A program made the translations under genes and the position numbers. 64,000 bases of DNA from Methanobacteriota archaeon (lineage in GTDB: Archaea; Thermoplasmatota; Poseidoniia; MGIII; CG-Epi1), in contig JAAZXG010000001.1 of the NCBI GenBank assembly GCA_014240255.1, positions 26,463 through 90,462 on the forward strand, in the 5' to 3' direction. Under the pieces are notes generated by a model. It did not search any database. It was not told the DNA's origin and saw only the letters and a list, made by a program, of their open reading frames with translations. Positions 9,968 through 21,245 of this stretch are shown in pieces; positions within the stretch are counted from its first letter, which is position 1, and the number at the start of each line of letters is the position of its first letter.

Positions 9968-11766
9968 TGGAAGATTTCGAAGAAAAAAAATACGATGTCT
10001 TAGTTGTTGGTGCTGGTGGTGCAGGAATTAGGGCAGCTATTGCCGCTTCGGATGAGGGTGCAACCGTATGCTTAGTTTCAAAATCATTACTAGGTAAAGC
10101 ACATACAGTAATGGCTGAGGGAGGTGCAGCTGCAGCATTAGGTAATGCAGACGAAAGAGATAACTGGAAAGCTCATTTTAGAGATACAATTAGAGGTGGG
10201 AAACATCTAAATAATTGGAAAATGGCAAAGATTCATGCTGAGCAAGCACCTGAAAGAATAATGGAATTGGAAAAATGGGGTGCTGTATTTGACCGTACAA
10301 AAGATGGGAAAATCAATCAGAGAAATTTCGGCGGTCACCGATTTCCAAGGCTAGCTCATGTTGGTGATAGAACTGGATTAGAAATTATAAGAACAGTACA
10401 AGACAAAGTAATCCATCAAGAAAATGTGGATATTTTAATGGAATGTACTGTTGCAAAAATTTTGACTGAAAACAATCAGGCAATTGGAGCATTAGCATAT
10501 TATCGTAATAATGGTAAATTAGTATCAATACAAGCCAAATCTACAATTATAGCTACAGGTGGAATCGGAAAGGCATATCGTGTTACTTCAAACTCATGGG
10601 AATATACTGGTGATGGACATGCATTAGCATACTTGGCTGGAGCTGATTTACAAGACATGGAATTTATACAATTTCATCCTACTGGTATGGTTTGGCCACC
10701 AAGTGTCAAGGGTACTCTTGTTACAGAAGGTGTAAGAGGAGAGGGTGGAATTTTACTAAATAATAAAAATGAACGATTTATGTTTAATTATATTCCTGAA
10801 GCATTTGCTGCTGAAACTGCAAAGAATGAAAAAGAAGCAAATGACTGGCTAAAAGGAGTAAAGGGTGCAATGCGTCCTCCTGAATTACTGACGAGAGACG
10901 TAGTAGCTAAAGCTATAATGAAGGAAGTTAAGGAAGGGCGAGGCAGTCCCCATGGAGGAGCTTTCTTGGATATTGCTAACCGTCAACCTCCTGAATATAT
11001 TAAAAAGAAATTACCTTCAATGTATCACCAGTTTAAGGAACTCGGTGATTTGGATATTACCACAGAACCCATGGAAGTTGGGCCAACCACACATTACATG
11101 ATGGGAGGAATTCGTGTTGATGCGGAAACTGGTGCTTCAACTCTAAAAGGAATGTATGCAGCAGGTGAAGCTGCAGCAGGTCTTCATGGTGCAAATCGAT
11201 TAGGAGGGAATTCCCTTTCAGATTTATTAGTATTTGGAAACATAGCTGGACGTTCTGCAGCTACTTTTGCAATGAATAGTAAAGAACGATCTATCAATAA
11301 AAATGATTTGAAAGAAGCAATTGCTAATACTCTGGAATATTTTGATAACGATAAAAAAGAAAATCCTTACCATTTACATGAAGAATTACAAGATATAATG
11401 GAAAATCATGCAGGTATTGTCAGAGATGAAAAAGAACTAATCAAAGGTATTGAAAAATTAAAAGAACTTGAAAAACGAGTTGAAAATGTAAAAGCATTTG
11501 GAAGTAGATCCTATAATCCTAGTTGGCATCTTTGCTTAGACCTAAAAAATATGATTGTAACCTCTTTAGCAGTTACAGAAGCTGCTAAAGAAAGAAGGGA
11601 AAGTAGAGGAGGACATACAAGATTAGATTATCCTGATTATAATGATGAACTGGGAATGCTAAATATAATAATAAGAAAAGGACCTGACGGAATTAATGTT
11701 ATTAAATCTGATAAAAAAACAATGCCTGATGACTTAGATGAATTTGTACATAAGGAGGCCATATGA
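9967..11766 (+). CDS. sdhA: succinate dehydrogenase/fumarate reductase flavoprotein subunit
   Basis: FAD fold YDVLVVGAGGAG, AHTVMAEGG (covalent-FAD His region) and RLGGNSL motifs. ATG at 9967 preferred over the GTG at 9955. Confidence 0.9.
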   Translation: MEDFEEKKYDVLVVGAGGAGIRAAIAASDEGATVCLVSKSLLGKAHTVMAEGGAAAALGNADERDNWKAHFRDTIRGGKHLNNWKMAKIHAEQAPERIMELEKWGAVFDRTKDGKINQRNFGGHRFPRLAHVGDRTGLEIIRTVQDKVIHQENVDILMECTVAKILTENNQAIGALAYYRNNGKLVSIQAKSTIIATGGIGKAYRVTSNSWEYTGDGHALAYLAGADLQDMEFIQFHPTGMVWPPSVKGTLVTEGVRGEGGILLNNKNERFMFNYIPEAFAAETAKNEKEANDWLKGVKGAMRPPELLTRDVVAKAIMKEVKEGRGSPHGGAFLDIANRQPPEYIKKKLPSMYHQFKELGDLDITTEPMEVGPTTHYMMGGIRVDAETGASTLKGMYAAGEAAAGLHGANRLGGNSLSDLLVFGNIAGRSAATFAMNSKERSINKNDLKEAIANTLEYFDNDKKENPYHLHEELQDIMENHAGIVRDEKELIKGIEKLKELEKRVENVKAFGSRSYNPSWHLCLDLKNMIVTSLAVTEAAKERRESRGGHTRLDYPDYNDELGMLNIIIRKGPDGINVIKSDKKTMPDDLDEFVHKEAI

Positions 11767-12488
11767 AACGAAAAGTGATTATACAAAGAGGTGAAAAATC
11801 TGATTTCTTTATGCATGAATTTGAAATGGAAGGAGGACCAGGAATGGTAATTTTAGATGCAGTCCATCAAATTCAAGCAAAAGATGCTCCCGACTTGGCT
11901 GTTCGATGGAATTGTAAAGCTGGCAAATGTGGTTCTTGTTCAGCAGAGGTTAATGGTGAACCAAAATTGATGTGTATGTGCCGAATGTCAGACTATGATG
12001 AGTCTGAACCTATAGTAATTAAGCCAATGAAAGCATTTCCAGTCATTAAAGATTTAGTGACGGATGTATCATGGAATTATGAAGTAAATAAGAAAATATT
12101 ACCATATCAACATCCTGATACCGAAGATCCACGTATGTTGCAAGAAGACGTTGATAGGGTTCAAGAATTTAGAAAATGTATAGAATGTTTTCTTTGTCAA
12201 GACGTATGTCACGTAATTAGAGATAGCGATATGAAATCTGAATACGCTGGACCTAGATTCCTAATGAGAAATGCTATGCTTGAAATGCATCCGCTAGATC
12301 AAGGCAACCGTCTTGAAACTTTAAAAGAGGACAATGGAATCGGACTTTGTAATATAACTCGATGTTGTACTGAAGTCTGTCCTGAAAATATAACAATAAC
12401 CGATAATGCAATTATTCCAATGAAAGAACGTGTTGTCGATGAATATTATGATCCTTTAAAATGGATTTGGAAAAAGTTAACAGGTTAA
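11763..12488 (+). CDS. sdhB: succinate dehydrogenase/fumarate reductase iron-sulfur subunit
   Basis: Cys clusters [20 protein letters not shown] and [16 protein letters not shown] overlap with sdhA. Confidence 0.9.
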   Translation: MKRKVIIQRGEKSDFFMHEFEMEGGPGMVILDAVHQIQAKDAPDLAVRWNCKAGKCGSCSAEVNGEPKLMCMCRMSDYDESEPIVIKPMKAFPVIKDLVTDVSWNYEVNKKILPYQHPDTEDPRMLQEDVDRVQEFRKCIECFLCQDVCHVIRDSDMKSEYAGPRFLMRNAMLEMHPLDQGNRLETLKEDNGIGLCNITRCCTEVCPENITITDNAIIPMKERVVDEYYDPLKWIWKKLTG

Positions 12489-12490
12489 TT

Positions 12491-14143
12491 ATGGATATTG
12501 TGAAAGCACCACATGGAAAAGAAATTAGTTGCAAAGGATGGCTCCAAGAAGCTGCCCTTAGAATGTTAATGAATAATCTAGATCCAGAAGTTGCTGAAAA
12601 ACCAGAAGATCTGATAGTTTACGGTGGAAGAGGGAAAGCTGCAAGAAACATAGAAGCATATAATTCAATAGTTAAAGAATTAAAACAATTAGAAAATAAT
12701 GAAACTTTACTTATTCAGAGTGGAAAACCAGTTGGTGTCTTTAAAACTCATGAAGATGCACCACGTGTTCTGTTAGCAAATTCTAACCTAGTAGGTAATT
12801 GGGCAAACTGGGAACATTTTGATGAACTAGACAAGAAAGGATTGATGATGTATGGTCAAATGACTGCAGGATCATGGATATACATAGGTTCACAAGGGAT
12901 TTTGCAAGGAACTTTTGAAACATTTGCAGAGGCTGCAAGACAGCATTTCAATGGAAACTTAGAAGGGAAATTGGTAGTTACAGGAGGGCTAGGAGGAATG
13001 GGAGGTGCTCAACCATTAGCTGCAACCATGAACGGAGGGACTTTTTTAGCTGCTGAAATTGATCCTGAAAGAATCAAGAAAAGATTAGAAACAAAGTATT
13101 GTGATGAAATATCTTATGATATTGATGAAGCAATAGATAAAGCACTAGATTGGAAGAAAAATAAAGTGGCAAAATCGATTGCTGTAGCTGCTAATATAAT
13201 TGATTTATTAGAAAGATTGATTGAAAGGAAAATAGTTCCCGATCTATTGACGGATCAAACCTCAGCCCATGACCCATTGATAGGATATAATCCCAATAAT
13301 CTCAGCTTAAAAGAAGCAGCTATACTTCGGGAAGAAAAACCTGATGAATATATTAAAATGAGTTACAAAAGTATGGCAACGCACGTAAGGGCTATGCTAA
13401 AATTAAAAGATATGGGATCTCACACTTTTGATTATGGAAATAATTTAAGAGCTAGGGCCAAAGAAGCCGGTGTAGAAAATGCATTTGATTTCCCTGGATT
13501 TGTTCCGGCCTATGTTAGGCCCTTGTTTTGTGAAGGAAAAGGACCCTTTAGATGGGCTGCATTATCTGGAAATCCAAAAGATATCGAAGAAACTGACAAG
13601 GTTATTTTAGAACTGTTTCCCGAAGACAAGGCATTGGCTAGGTGGATTAATATGGCACAGGAAAGAATCCAATTTCAAGGACTACCTGCAAGAATATGTT
13701 GGTTAGGTTATGGTGAAAGAGCTCGAGCTGGGTTAGCATTTAATGAATTAGTGAAAAGTGGAAAAGTAAGTGCACCAATCGTTATTGGAAGGGACCATTT
13801 GGATGCAGGATCTGTTGCATCACCCAATCGCGAGACTGAATCAATGAAAGATGGAAGTGATGCCGTTGCTGACTGGCCTATATTGAATGCTTTATTGAAT
13901 ACTGCAGCAGGAGCTACATGGGTAAGTTTTCATCATGGTGGAGGCGTAGGTATGGGGTACTCACTTCATGCAGGAATGGTCGTGGTGGCTGACGGGACTC
14001 CTGAAGCAGATAAGAGATTAGAAAGAGTTCTCACAACAGACCCCGGTACTGGAGTGATGAGGCATGTTGATGCCGGATATCAAAAAGCAATTAAAGTTGC
14101 TAAAGAAAGAAATGTTAAGGTAGGTCTTGTAGAAGGCTTATGA
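12491..14143 (+). CDS. hutU: urocanate hydratase
   Basis: Full-length match to urocanase ([39 protein letters not shown]). ATG at 12491 preferred over the longer ORF. Confidence 0.92.
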   Translation: MDIVKAPHGKEISCKGWLQEAALRMLMNNLDPEVAEKPEDLIVYGGRGKAARNIEAYNSIVKELKQLENNETLLIQSGKPVGVFKTHEDAPRVLLANSNLVGNWANWEHFDELDKKGLMMYGQMTAGSWIYIGSQGILQGTFETFAEAARQHFNGNLEGKLVVTGGLGGMGGAQPLAATMNGGTFLAAEIDPERIKKRLETKYCDEISYDIDEAIDKALDWKKNKVAKSIAVAANIIDLLERLIERKIVPDLLTDQTSAHDPLIGYNPNNLSLKEAAILREEKPDEYIKMSYKSMATHVRAMLKLKDMGSHTFDYGNNLRARAKEAGVENAFDFPGFVPAYVRPLFCEGKGPFRWAALSGNPKDIEETDKVILELFPEDKALARWINMAQERIQFQGLPARICWLGYGERARAGLAFNELVKSGKVSAPIVIGRDHLDAGSVASPNRETESMKDGSDAVADWPILNALLNTAAGATWVSFHHGGGVGMGYSLHAGMVVVADGTPEADKRLERVLTTDPGTGVMRHVDAGYQKAIKVAKERNVKVGLVEGL

Positions 14144-14994
14144 ATTTAATTATTGCTTCTAAAGAGGATTCTGCATCCATAAATTTAAGAAATAGACTAC
14201 TTGAAATGTCTATATGGGAAGCTAATGGAAAATTCGATAACAATACATTATGGAAACTGACAAAAGATTATGGAGACTTTTGTAAGAAAGGAACTAGATT
14301 AATTACAATAAATAAAATACATATTCATGCTGAAAAGATAGATGAAATATGGATTGAAAAGACAGGTCTAGATATTGACAATATTGTTTTTCTTTCAAGA
14401 CACAAAGCTGCAAGTGGAAGGCCAAGCCTAACCGCCCATCCAATTGGCAATTGGGGTGAAGCTGACTATGGTGGTAATATGGGTGAAGTTTCCGGAACTG
14501 CCCCTAATTGGATGACTGGTTTATTATTAAATATAAAAAGAAACCAAATAGAAGGCTATGACGTATGTTTTGAAGCTACACACCATGGGCCTCTTCTAAA
14601 TACTCCGACTATATTTCTGGAGATTGGTTCTACTGAATCTGAGTGGGAGAAAAGAAAGCCAGCTGAAGTATTGATTGAATCATTATTGAATCTCAAACCA
14701 GCAGTTGGAATAAATGTTGTTGGATTGGGAGGCGGGCACTATACTCCACGGTTTACCGAAGCTGCATTGACACATGAAGTATGCTTTGGACACATGGTCG
14801 CGAATTATGGGATTCCTTATTTGACTGAAAATATAATCCTTAAGGCAATTGAGAAAAGTGATGCAAAAGGCATCTATTTTCATAGAAAAGGTATGAAGAA
14901 AACGGAATATAGAAAATGGAAAGAGTGGGCGGAAAAAGAAGAAATAAAAATTTTTAATCAATCGGACTTCAATCTTCGCAATTTATCGTCGTGA
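14140..14994 (+). CDS. dtdA: archaeal-type D-aminoacyl-tRNA deacylase (DtdA/DTD2)
   Basis: About 280 aa with N-terminal [13 protein letters not shown] and HHGP motifs typical of the archaeal DtdA family. ATGA overlap with hutU. Confidence 0.75.
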   Translation: MNLIIASKEDSASINLRNRLLEMSIWEANGKFDNNTLWKLTKDYGDFCKKGTRLITINKIHIHAEKIDEIWIEKTGLDIDNIVFLSRHKAASGRPSLTAHPIGNWGEADYGGNMGEVSGTAPNWMTGLLLNIKRNQIEGYDVCFEATHHGPLLNTPTIFLEIGSTESEWEKRKPAEVLIESLLNLKPAVGINVVGLGGGHYTPRFTEAALTHEVCFGHMVANYGIPYLTENIILKAIEKSDAKGIYFHRKGMKKTEYRKWKEWAEKEEIKIFNQSDFNLRNLSS

Positions 14995-15074
14995 AAATTA
15001 TTAGTTTCAGAAATTAAAACATCCGATACACTTAATAAACGAGTTATGTGTAAACTTGTTTAGGTGTAATAACC

Positions 15075-16583
15075 ATGAGTGACGACGACACAGAAAACAA
15101 CAGTGATACAGACGTAGATACGGAATCACCAATGCCTCCAGCAGATACTGGAAGTACTGGAGATTTCTTAGAAGACACGTTTGGAATTACGAAGGCTGGA
15201 AGTACGGTGGAAACCGAAATACGAGCAGGAGTAACTACATTCCTGACTATGGCATATATCTTGTTTGTAAACCCAGATATGCTGTCCATTGGTGGAATAC
15301 CATTCAATGATGCACTATTTGCAACAGCCTTTGCGGCTTTTGTAGGTTGTGTAGTTATGGGTCTATGGGCAAACAAACCATTTGCATTAGCTCCTGGAAT
15401 GGGTCTTAATGCATATTTTACATTTGCAGTCGTATTAGGAATGGGAATTGCTTGGGAAGTTGCCCTTGCTGCTGTATTAGTTGAAGGTGTAATTTTCTTA
15501 ATCCTATCCTTACCACAAGTTGGATGGAGAACTGAAATGATTAATTCAATTCCAAAAGATTTGAAGATAGCAACTGGAGCTGGTATTGGTATGTTTTTAG
15601 CAATTATTGGTTTCAGAGAAATGGGATGGATTGTCGATAATGGTGCTACATTAGTTGATTTAGGAATAACTGAAAGTTTTACTCATCAGTCTGGTGAAGT
15701 ATGGGCCTTAATCTGTCTATTAGCAATAGCTGTAATGATGGCAAGAGGAATGAAAGGTGCTATGATTTATGGAATATTAGGAACTACTATAATTGGTGGA
15801 TGGATTGTAGGAGCTTCTGATCCTTACAATGGAGTGGCTGCAGTAGACGTTGGATCAATGGATAATTTTGATGCAGGAGCCCTTTTCGAAGTAGCTGGTT
15901 TACCTGAAGAATCCATGTTTGCAGCCGTAGGTGCTCTTGGAGATTTAAGTGGAGACAATCTTGGAGACTTTATTTTAGTAATGATTGCTTTCCTTTTCGT
16001 TGATATATTTGACACATCTGGAACTCTTTATTCTGTAGGCCGTCAAGCTGGATTCGTTGATGAGAATGATGAATTAGAAAACTCAGATGAAGCATTTATG
16101 GCAGATGCAACAGCAACTATTGCTGGAGCATTAGCTGGAACAAGTACAACTACAACATACATTGAATCTGGTGCTGGTGTAGAAGAAGGTGGACGTACAG
16201 GACTAACGGCAGTTGTTGTTGGTGTCTTGATGTTATCTGGACTTCTGTTTGCAGGTCTTTTCAAAGCTATACCTGCTTTCGCAGCAGCTCCTGCACTGGT
16301 TATCGTAGGTGCAATGATGATGAAGCAAGCTGGAGACATAAATTGGGATGACAAAGAAATGGCAATACCTGCTTTCATTACAATGGTTATGATGCCATTT
16401 ACATACTCAATCGCTGATGGAATTGCATGGGGTCTAATCTCATATGTAATCATTAAGATTGGTATGGGAAAAATGGATAAATTGAACCCAGTTGTAAATG
16501 TATTAGCAGTATTAATGCTGATGTTCTATATCGGACCTGGTGATCAATCAACATTTGATTGGATACTATCTGCTATATTTTAG
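15075..16583 (+). CDS. AzgA-family (NCS2) purine nucleobase permease
   Basis: TEIRAGVTTFLTMAYILFVNP motif and a polytopic profile. Acidic N-terminal tail. Confidence 0.8.
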   Translation: MSDDDTENNSDTDVDTESPMPPADTGSTGDFLEDTFGITKAGSTVETEIRAGVTTFLTMAYILFVNPDMLSIGGIPFNDALFATAFAAFVGCVVMGLWANKPFALAPGMGLNAYFTFAVVLGMGIAWEVALAAVLVEGVIFLILSLPQVGWRTEMINSIPKDLKIATGAGIGMFLAIIGFREMGWIVDNGATLVDLGITESFTHQSGEVWALICLLAIAVMMARGMKGAMIYGILGTTIIGGWIVGASDPYNGVAAVDVGSMDNFDAGALFEVAGLPEESMFAAVGALGDLSGDNLGDFILVMIAFLFVDIFDTSGTLYSVGRQAGFVDENDELENSDEAFMADATATIAGALAGTSTTTTYIESGAGVEEGGRTGLTAVVVGVLMLSGLLFAGLFKAIPAFAAAPALVIVGAMMMKQAGDINWDDKEMAIPAFITMVMMPFTYSIADGIAWGLISYVIIKIGMGKMDKLNPVVNVLAVLMLMFYIGPGDQSTFDWILSAIF

Positions 16584-16608
16584 ATAACTAAAATAAAACA
16601 GGGAAAAA

Positions 16609-16633
16609 CCTCTGAGTCATAACGGCTCAGAGG
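16609..16633 (+). terminator. stem-loop downstream of the permease gene
   Basis: CCTCTGAG / 9-nt loop / CTCAGAGG perfect 8-bp hairpin, 26 nt after the stop codon. Confidence 0.4.
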
Positions 16634-16657
16634 AATAAGCCAGTAATTCAATAGATT

Positions 16658-17191
16658 ATGTCATCAAAAAAAGATATAGCTGATATCGCAAACAAAATAC
16701 GGAATATTCCTGACTTCCCCAAAAAAGGAATCAATTTCAAGGATATTACTCCAGTATTATCAGATATCAAAATATTTAAAAAAGCAATAAAGCAAATGGC
16801 AACTCCATATATGAACTCTGATATTCATATTGTCGTTGGTATTGAATCTAGAGGATTCATATTTGGAGCTCCAATTGCAGAATATTTGAATTGTAGTTTT
16901 GTACCAGTTAGAAAACCAGGGAAATTACCATGGAATACTGAAATTGTTTTTTATGAATTAGAATACGGTAAAGACTCTTTGGAGATACACAAAGATGCTA
17001 TCGAAAAAGGGCAAAATATACTAATTGTTGATGACTTACTAGCCACAGGAGGAACGGCAGAAGCAACTTGTAAACTTGTTTCAAAATTAAAAGGCAATAT
17101 TGTTGGATTTACAGTTCTGATTGAACTAGAATTTTTAAAAGGACGAGAAAAACTAAAGTCATATAATGTTCACTCTTTAGTGAAATATTAA
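16658..17191 (+). CDS. apt: adenine phosphoribosyltransferase
   Basis: FPKKGINFKDITP and the PRPP loop ILIVDDLLATGGT. Confidence 0.9.
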   Translation: MSSKKDIADIANKIRNIPDFPKKGINFKDITPVLSDIKIFKKAIKQMATPYMNSDIHIVVGIESRGFIFGAPIAEYLNCSFVPVRKPGKLPWNTEIVFYELEYGKDSLEIHKDAIEKGQNILIVDDLLATGGTAEATCKLVSKLKGNIVGFTVLIELEFLKGREKLKSYNVHSLVKY

Positions 17192-17193
17192 GC

Positions 17194-17712
17194 ATGAAAT
17201 TACTAGTTTCAGATGAAGACATTAAAAAACGTGTAAAACAATTAGCTGAACAAATAACTGAAGACTATAAAGATAAATCTCCAATATTTATTGGAATACT
17301 AAATGGATGTTATGTTTTCATGGCCGATTTATTGAGGGAAATCGATCTTGATGTTGAAGTTGACTTTGTTAAAATTCGTAGTTATGAGGCAGATTCATCT
17401 ACTGGCACTATAAAATTTAGAAAGGATATTTCTGCAGATATAAACAATAGACACATAGTGATTGTAGAAGATATAATAGATTCAGGATTTACAATCAATT
17501 TTCTTGTAAACAGACTGAAAGGTTCTGGACCTAAATCTGTTGCTGTTGCATCTATTCTGTTTAAGAAAGAAGTAGCTAAAATAGACTTTGAAGTAGATTA
17601 TGTGGGATTTGAAATTCCACCTGAATTTGTAGTTGGGTACGGTTTAGATTATGATGAGAAATATCGAAATCTTAAAGATGTAATGGTACTAGAACCTAAA
17701 GATTTAGAATAA
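17194..17712 (+). CDS. hpt: hypoxanthine(-guanine) phosphoribosyltransferase
   Basis: PRPP loop IVIVEDIIDSGFT and VGYGLDY motif; 172 aa. Confidence 0.85.
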   Translation: MKLLVSDEDIKKRVKQLAEQITEDYKDKSPIFIGILNGCYVFMADLLREIDLDVEVDFVKIRSYEADSSTGTIKFRKDISADINNRHIVIVEDIIDSGFTINFLVNRLKGSGPKSVAVASILFKKEVAKIDFEVDYVGFEIPPEFVVGYGLDYDEKYRNLKDVMVLEPKDLE

Positions 17713-17757
17713 AAGCATAATATTTAATATAGCTTAATTAAACAAGTTAGGGGAAAG

Positions 17758-18807
17758 ATGAGAATAGAAGATGACCTAAAGCTAACATTTAGAGATGTTT
17801 TGATAAGACCTAAAAGAAGTACATTAAAATCAAGATCTGAAGTATCACTATCCAGAACCTTCAAATTTAGACATACTAAAAACGAATGGAAAGGTGTACC
17901 TGTTGTAGCGGCCAATATGGATACCACGGGAACTTTTGAAATGGCAAAAGCTCTACAGAATGAGAATATGATGACATGCTTACAAAAATTCTATTCAGTT
18001 AAAGAAATTGAAAAAGCCATTAAAAAAGGTGTAAATCCAAAGAATATTGCAATAACTTCTGGATCCACAGAAGAAAGTTTAGACTTGCTTAAGAGAAAGA
18101 TATCAATCCATAAAAATTTGAATATTATATGTTTGGATGTAGCTAATGGATATAGAGAAGATTTTGTGCAATTTGTAAGAAGAATACGTAAGGAATTTAG
18201 TGAAAAAATTATTATTGCAGGCAATGTTGCAACAAGAGAAATGACGGAAGCCTTGATTCTTGCAGGTGCAGATATTGTAAAAGTTGGAATTGGACCAGGT
18301 TCAGTTTGTACTACTAGAAAAGTTGCTGGTGTTGGCTATCCACAATTGTCGGCAATATCTGAATGTGCAGATGCTGCACATGGTTTAGGAGGTCATGTAA
18401 TGTCTGATGGAGGATGTACTTCTCCTGGAGATATTTCTAAAGCCTTTGCAGCAGGTGCTGATTTTGTCATGTTAGGTGGAATGCTTGCAGGACACGATGA
18501 ATCAGGTGGAGAATTAGGTACCAATGATGATGGAACTCAATACAAATCATTCTATGGTATGAGCTCAACTAAAGCTATGAAAACATATTTTGGTGAAGTA
18601 GCAAAACATAGAGCTCCAGAAGGAAAAGAAGTAAAAGTACCCTATAGAGGTTCTGTCAAAGTCACAATTCAATCTATTCTAGGAGGAATACGATCTGCCT
18701 GCTCATATGTTGGAGCAAGAAGAATCAAAGACTTACCAAAATGTACCACTTTTGTTAGAGTTACAATAACTACTAATGAAATATACCAGGCAAATGAGAA
18801 TAACTGA
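17758..18807 (+). CDS. guaC: GMP reductase (bacterial/eukaryotic GuaC type)
   Basis: [27 protein letters not shown]... and [12 protein letters not shown]. Collinear with my recollection of E. coli GuaC. Confidence 0.9.
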   Translation: MRIEDDLKLTFRDVLIRPKRSTLKSRSEVSLSRTFKFRHTKNEWKGVPVVAANMDTTGTFEMAKALQNENMMTCLQKFYSVKEIEKAIKKGVNPKNIAITSGSTEESLDLLKRKISIHKNLNIICLDVANGYREDFVQFVRRIRKEFSEKIIIAGNVATREMTEALILAGADIVKVGIGPGSVCTTRKVAGVGYPQLSAISECADAAHGLGGHVMSDGGCTSPGDISKAFAAGADFVMLGGMLAGHDESGGELGTNDDGTQYKSFYGMSSTKAMKTYFGEVAKHRAPEGKEVKVPYRGSVKVTIQSILGGIRSACSYVGARRIKDLPKCTTFVRVTITTNEIYQANENN

Positions 18808-18841
18808 ACAAATTTAATAAACTCATCCGGCATGAATTAGA

Positions 18842-20275
18842 ATGGCAGAGAGAGTCATTCTAGAAACTGGCAAAACTTTCAGTGAATTTAGTCTATTAAC
18901 AAATTATACTTCTAAAGAATGTACTCTACAGAAAATAAGTTTGAATACTAGACTTGGAAATCTCAAACTCAGTCTACCCTTTTTGAGTGCTGCAATGACC
19001 TCTGTAACGGGTTATGAGATGGCCCTAGCCCTAGGAAAAGAAGGTGGTTTAGGTGTTCTTCCTGCAAGATTATCTATTGATGAACAAGTAAGTATCATAG
19101 AGAAAATAAAAGGATATGAAATGGGATTCGTGGAAGATCCCATCACTGTAAGAGAGACTGCTACGATTGATGAAGTTGTAAGGCTTGTGGAAAAGCATGG
19201 ACATTCAAAGGTACCTATAGCTGATCGAAATAATGTATTCGTAGGATTATTTAGTTTTGATAAATACTTAGATGCAAATGCTACTCCAGGTGACCCAGTA
19301 ACTACAATCATGATAACACCTGAAGAATTACCTTGTACTAATAATTCTAATATTAGCTTGGAAGAAGCTAAAAAAGAATTAAAAGGTAATAGTTATCTTG
19401 TAGTTTTAGATGAATTAGGAAGATTAGTGAAAATTGCCTTCCAAAAAGACATTGACAATATCTCTGTTGCAGCTGCAATTTCTACACACAAAGGATGGAA
19501 AAATAGAGTGAAATCTTGTATTAAAGCTGGAGCAGATATGATTGTAATTGATACTTCAGATGCATATAACGAATTTACAAGTGAAGTAATTAAAGAATTC
19601 AAAAAAATAAATGATTCAATACCAATATGTGCGGGAAATGTAATAACGTATGAAGGCGCAAAATACTTAATGGAAAATGGAGCGGATCTAATCAAAATTG
19701 GAATGTCATCTGGATCTATATGTACTACCCAAAGAGAAAAGGCAACAGGAAGGGCTCCTATGACTGCTCTTTTAGAAGCTGCAAAAGCTCGTGAAGAATA
19801 TCATCAAGAAACTGGAAAATATGTTTCACTTATAATTGATGGAGGTGTTTCAGCTGCTGGTGATATGATTATCGCACTTACTGTAGCTGATGCAGTGATG
19901 ATGGGGGGTTATTTCAACCATTTTTACGAGGCAGAAGGTGAAAAATTAGATGAAAGTATGCAAGTAACAAACCATGAACCTGATATCAAACACATTGCTA
20001 CGTGGGGAGAAGGATCGGCTAGAGCTAGAAATTTAGATAGATATGGTCATGTGGCAAGAAAAACATTCTTTGCAGAAGGTGAAGAGGGAACTGTAGAAAA
20101 TTGGGGAAGATTGAAACCAAAACTGAAACAAGATATTAGAAAGATTAAGGCTGCTTTGAGTAATACAGGATGTATGGATTTAGAACAATTTAGAGATAAA
20201 GCAATTATTGAATTAATGTCAACCTATACACAGCAAATTATTGGCAGTACTCACAACATGCAAGTTAAAGAATAA
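18842..20275 (+). CDS. guaB: IMP dehydrogenase family protein with CBS pair
   Basis: TIM-barrel IMPDH motifs (LSAAMTSVT, GMSSGSICTTQ with the catalytic Cys) and a CBS insert. The C-terminal third is divergent, so it may be an IMPDH-related paralog. Confidence 0.7.
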   Translation: MAERVILETGKTFSEFSLLTNYTSKECTLQKISLNTRLGNLKLSLPFLSAAMTSVTGYEMALALGKEGGLGVLPARLSIDEQVSIIEKIKGYEMGFVEDPITVRETATIDEVVRLVEKHGHSKVPIADRNNVFVGLFSFDKYLDANATPGDPVTTIMITPEELPCTNNSNISLEEAKKELKGNSYLVVLDELGRLVKIAFQKDIDNISVAAAISTHKGWKNRVKSCIKAGADMIVIDTSDAYNEFTSEVIKEFKKINDSIPICAGNVITYEGAKYLMENGADLIKIGMSSGSICTTQREKATGRAPMTALLEAAKAREEYHQETGKYVSLIIDGGVSAAGDMIIALTVADAVMMGGYFNHFYEAEGEKLDESMQVTNHEPDIKHIATWGEGSARARNLDRYGHVARKTFFAEGEEGTVENWGRLKPKLKQDIRKIKAALSNTGCMDLEQFRDKAIIELMSTYTQQIIGSTHNMQVKE

Positions 20276-20276
20276 A

Positions 20277-21245
20277 TTATTCAAAAAATATATTTTTTAA
20301 TTCTGATTTTAGTGTATCAACACCAGTATCATCCATAACGGAAACGGAGATGGCATTCGAATAATCTAATGATGCTTCAGGATCTAAATCTGATTTGCTA
20401 TAAATGTCCAACCAATTATAATCAGAATATCTAGCCTTCAATTCAGAATGTAATGCTTTCTGAGTATCAATTGAATAACCTGAAGTTCCAGATAAATCAG
20501 TTAAAAATACAATCACCGGTTCTAAATGATCTAGAGCTGCAATTCCTTGTTTCTCCATATCATTACGATCAATATCGGGTCTATCCAATAACCCAGGCGT
20601 ATCCATAACCTGAATTATATCATACTTAACTTTGATATGCCCAAGAGAAACTCCTTTGGTAGTAAATGGATAACTCTTGACTTCTGGTTTTCCTGTGGAA
20701 ATTGCCCTAATTAAACTTGATTTACCCACATTTGGAGCCCCTGCAAAAACAGCTACTGGCTGATCTGTGTTTACGTTCGGAAGATTACGGAATATGGAAC
20801 GAGCCGAAATTAGGAAATCAAGATGCTTTGATATTTGCCTAATTACGTTAGTCATTTTAGTGTAGGCCTCACTCATAATCTTCATTGTATTTTCTGCACT
20901 TTTACGGGCTCTGGCTTTAGGTACATATTTAGTACCTATCATCAGAACTTCTTTCCGAGCCCAATCTGCAGCACCCAGTGCTTTTCTCAACTTATCAACT
21001 CCTACTGTCAAATCAATTATTGATCTATCAAAAGGATGAATATTATCGAAAGAAGGAAAGACCTTAACATATGATTGTAACGGATTTGCAATATTATCTG
21101 CAACTGAATGTATCTTTCTAACTGCAGTCAAACGTGCACGATAATCTGTATTTCTCACAGTTTCTTCAACTCTTGAGGCTCTCCTCAAAGCTCGATCTAT
21201 CAGTTCATCTGCTGTAGCAATTGTTGGTATTTCTTGAAGATTCAC
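20277..21245 (-). CDS. Nog1-family GTP-binding protein
   Basis: G1 motif [10 protein letters not shown] and G3 motif MDTPGL, with a long helical N-terminal domain as in archaeal Nog1-like GTPases. Confidence 0.8.
   Translation of the reverse strand: MNLQEIPTIATADELIDRALRRASRVEETVRNTDYRARLTAVRKIHSVADNIANPLQSYVKVFPSFDNIHPFDRSIIDLTVGVDKLRKALGAADWARKEVLMIGTKYVPKARARKSAENTMKIMSEAYTKMTNVIRQISKHLDFLISARSIFRNLPNVNTDQPVAVFAGAPNVGKSSLIRAISTGKPEVKSYPFTTKGVSLGHIKVKYDIIQVMDTPGLLDRPDIDRNDMEKQGIAALDHLEPVIVFLTDLSGTSGYSIDTQKALHSELKARYSDYNWLDIYSKSDLDPEASLDYSNAISVSVMDDTGVDTLKSELKNIFFE

Noticed and set aside
12461-12490. Longer start for hutU that overlaps sdhB by 28 nt.
   Set aside because: The conserved urocanase N-terminus begins at the ATG at 12491, 2 nt after the sdhB stop. 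The extension adds non-conserved residues.
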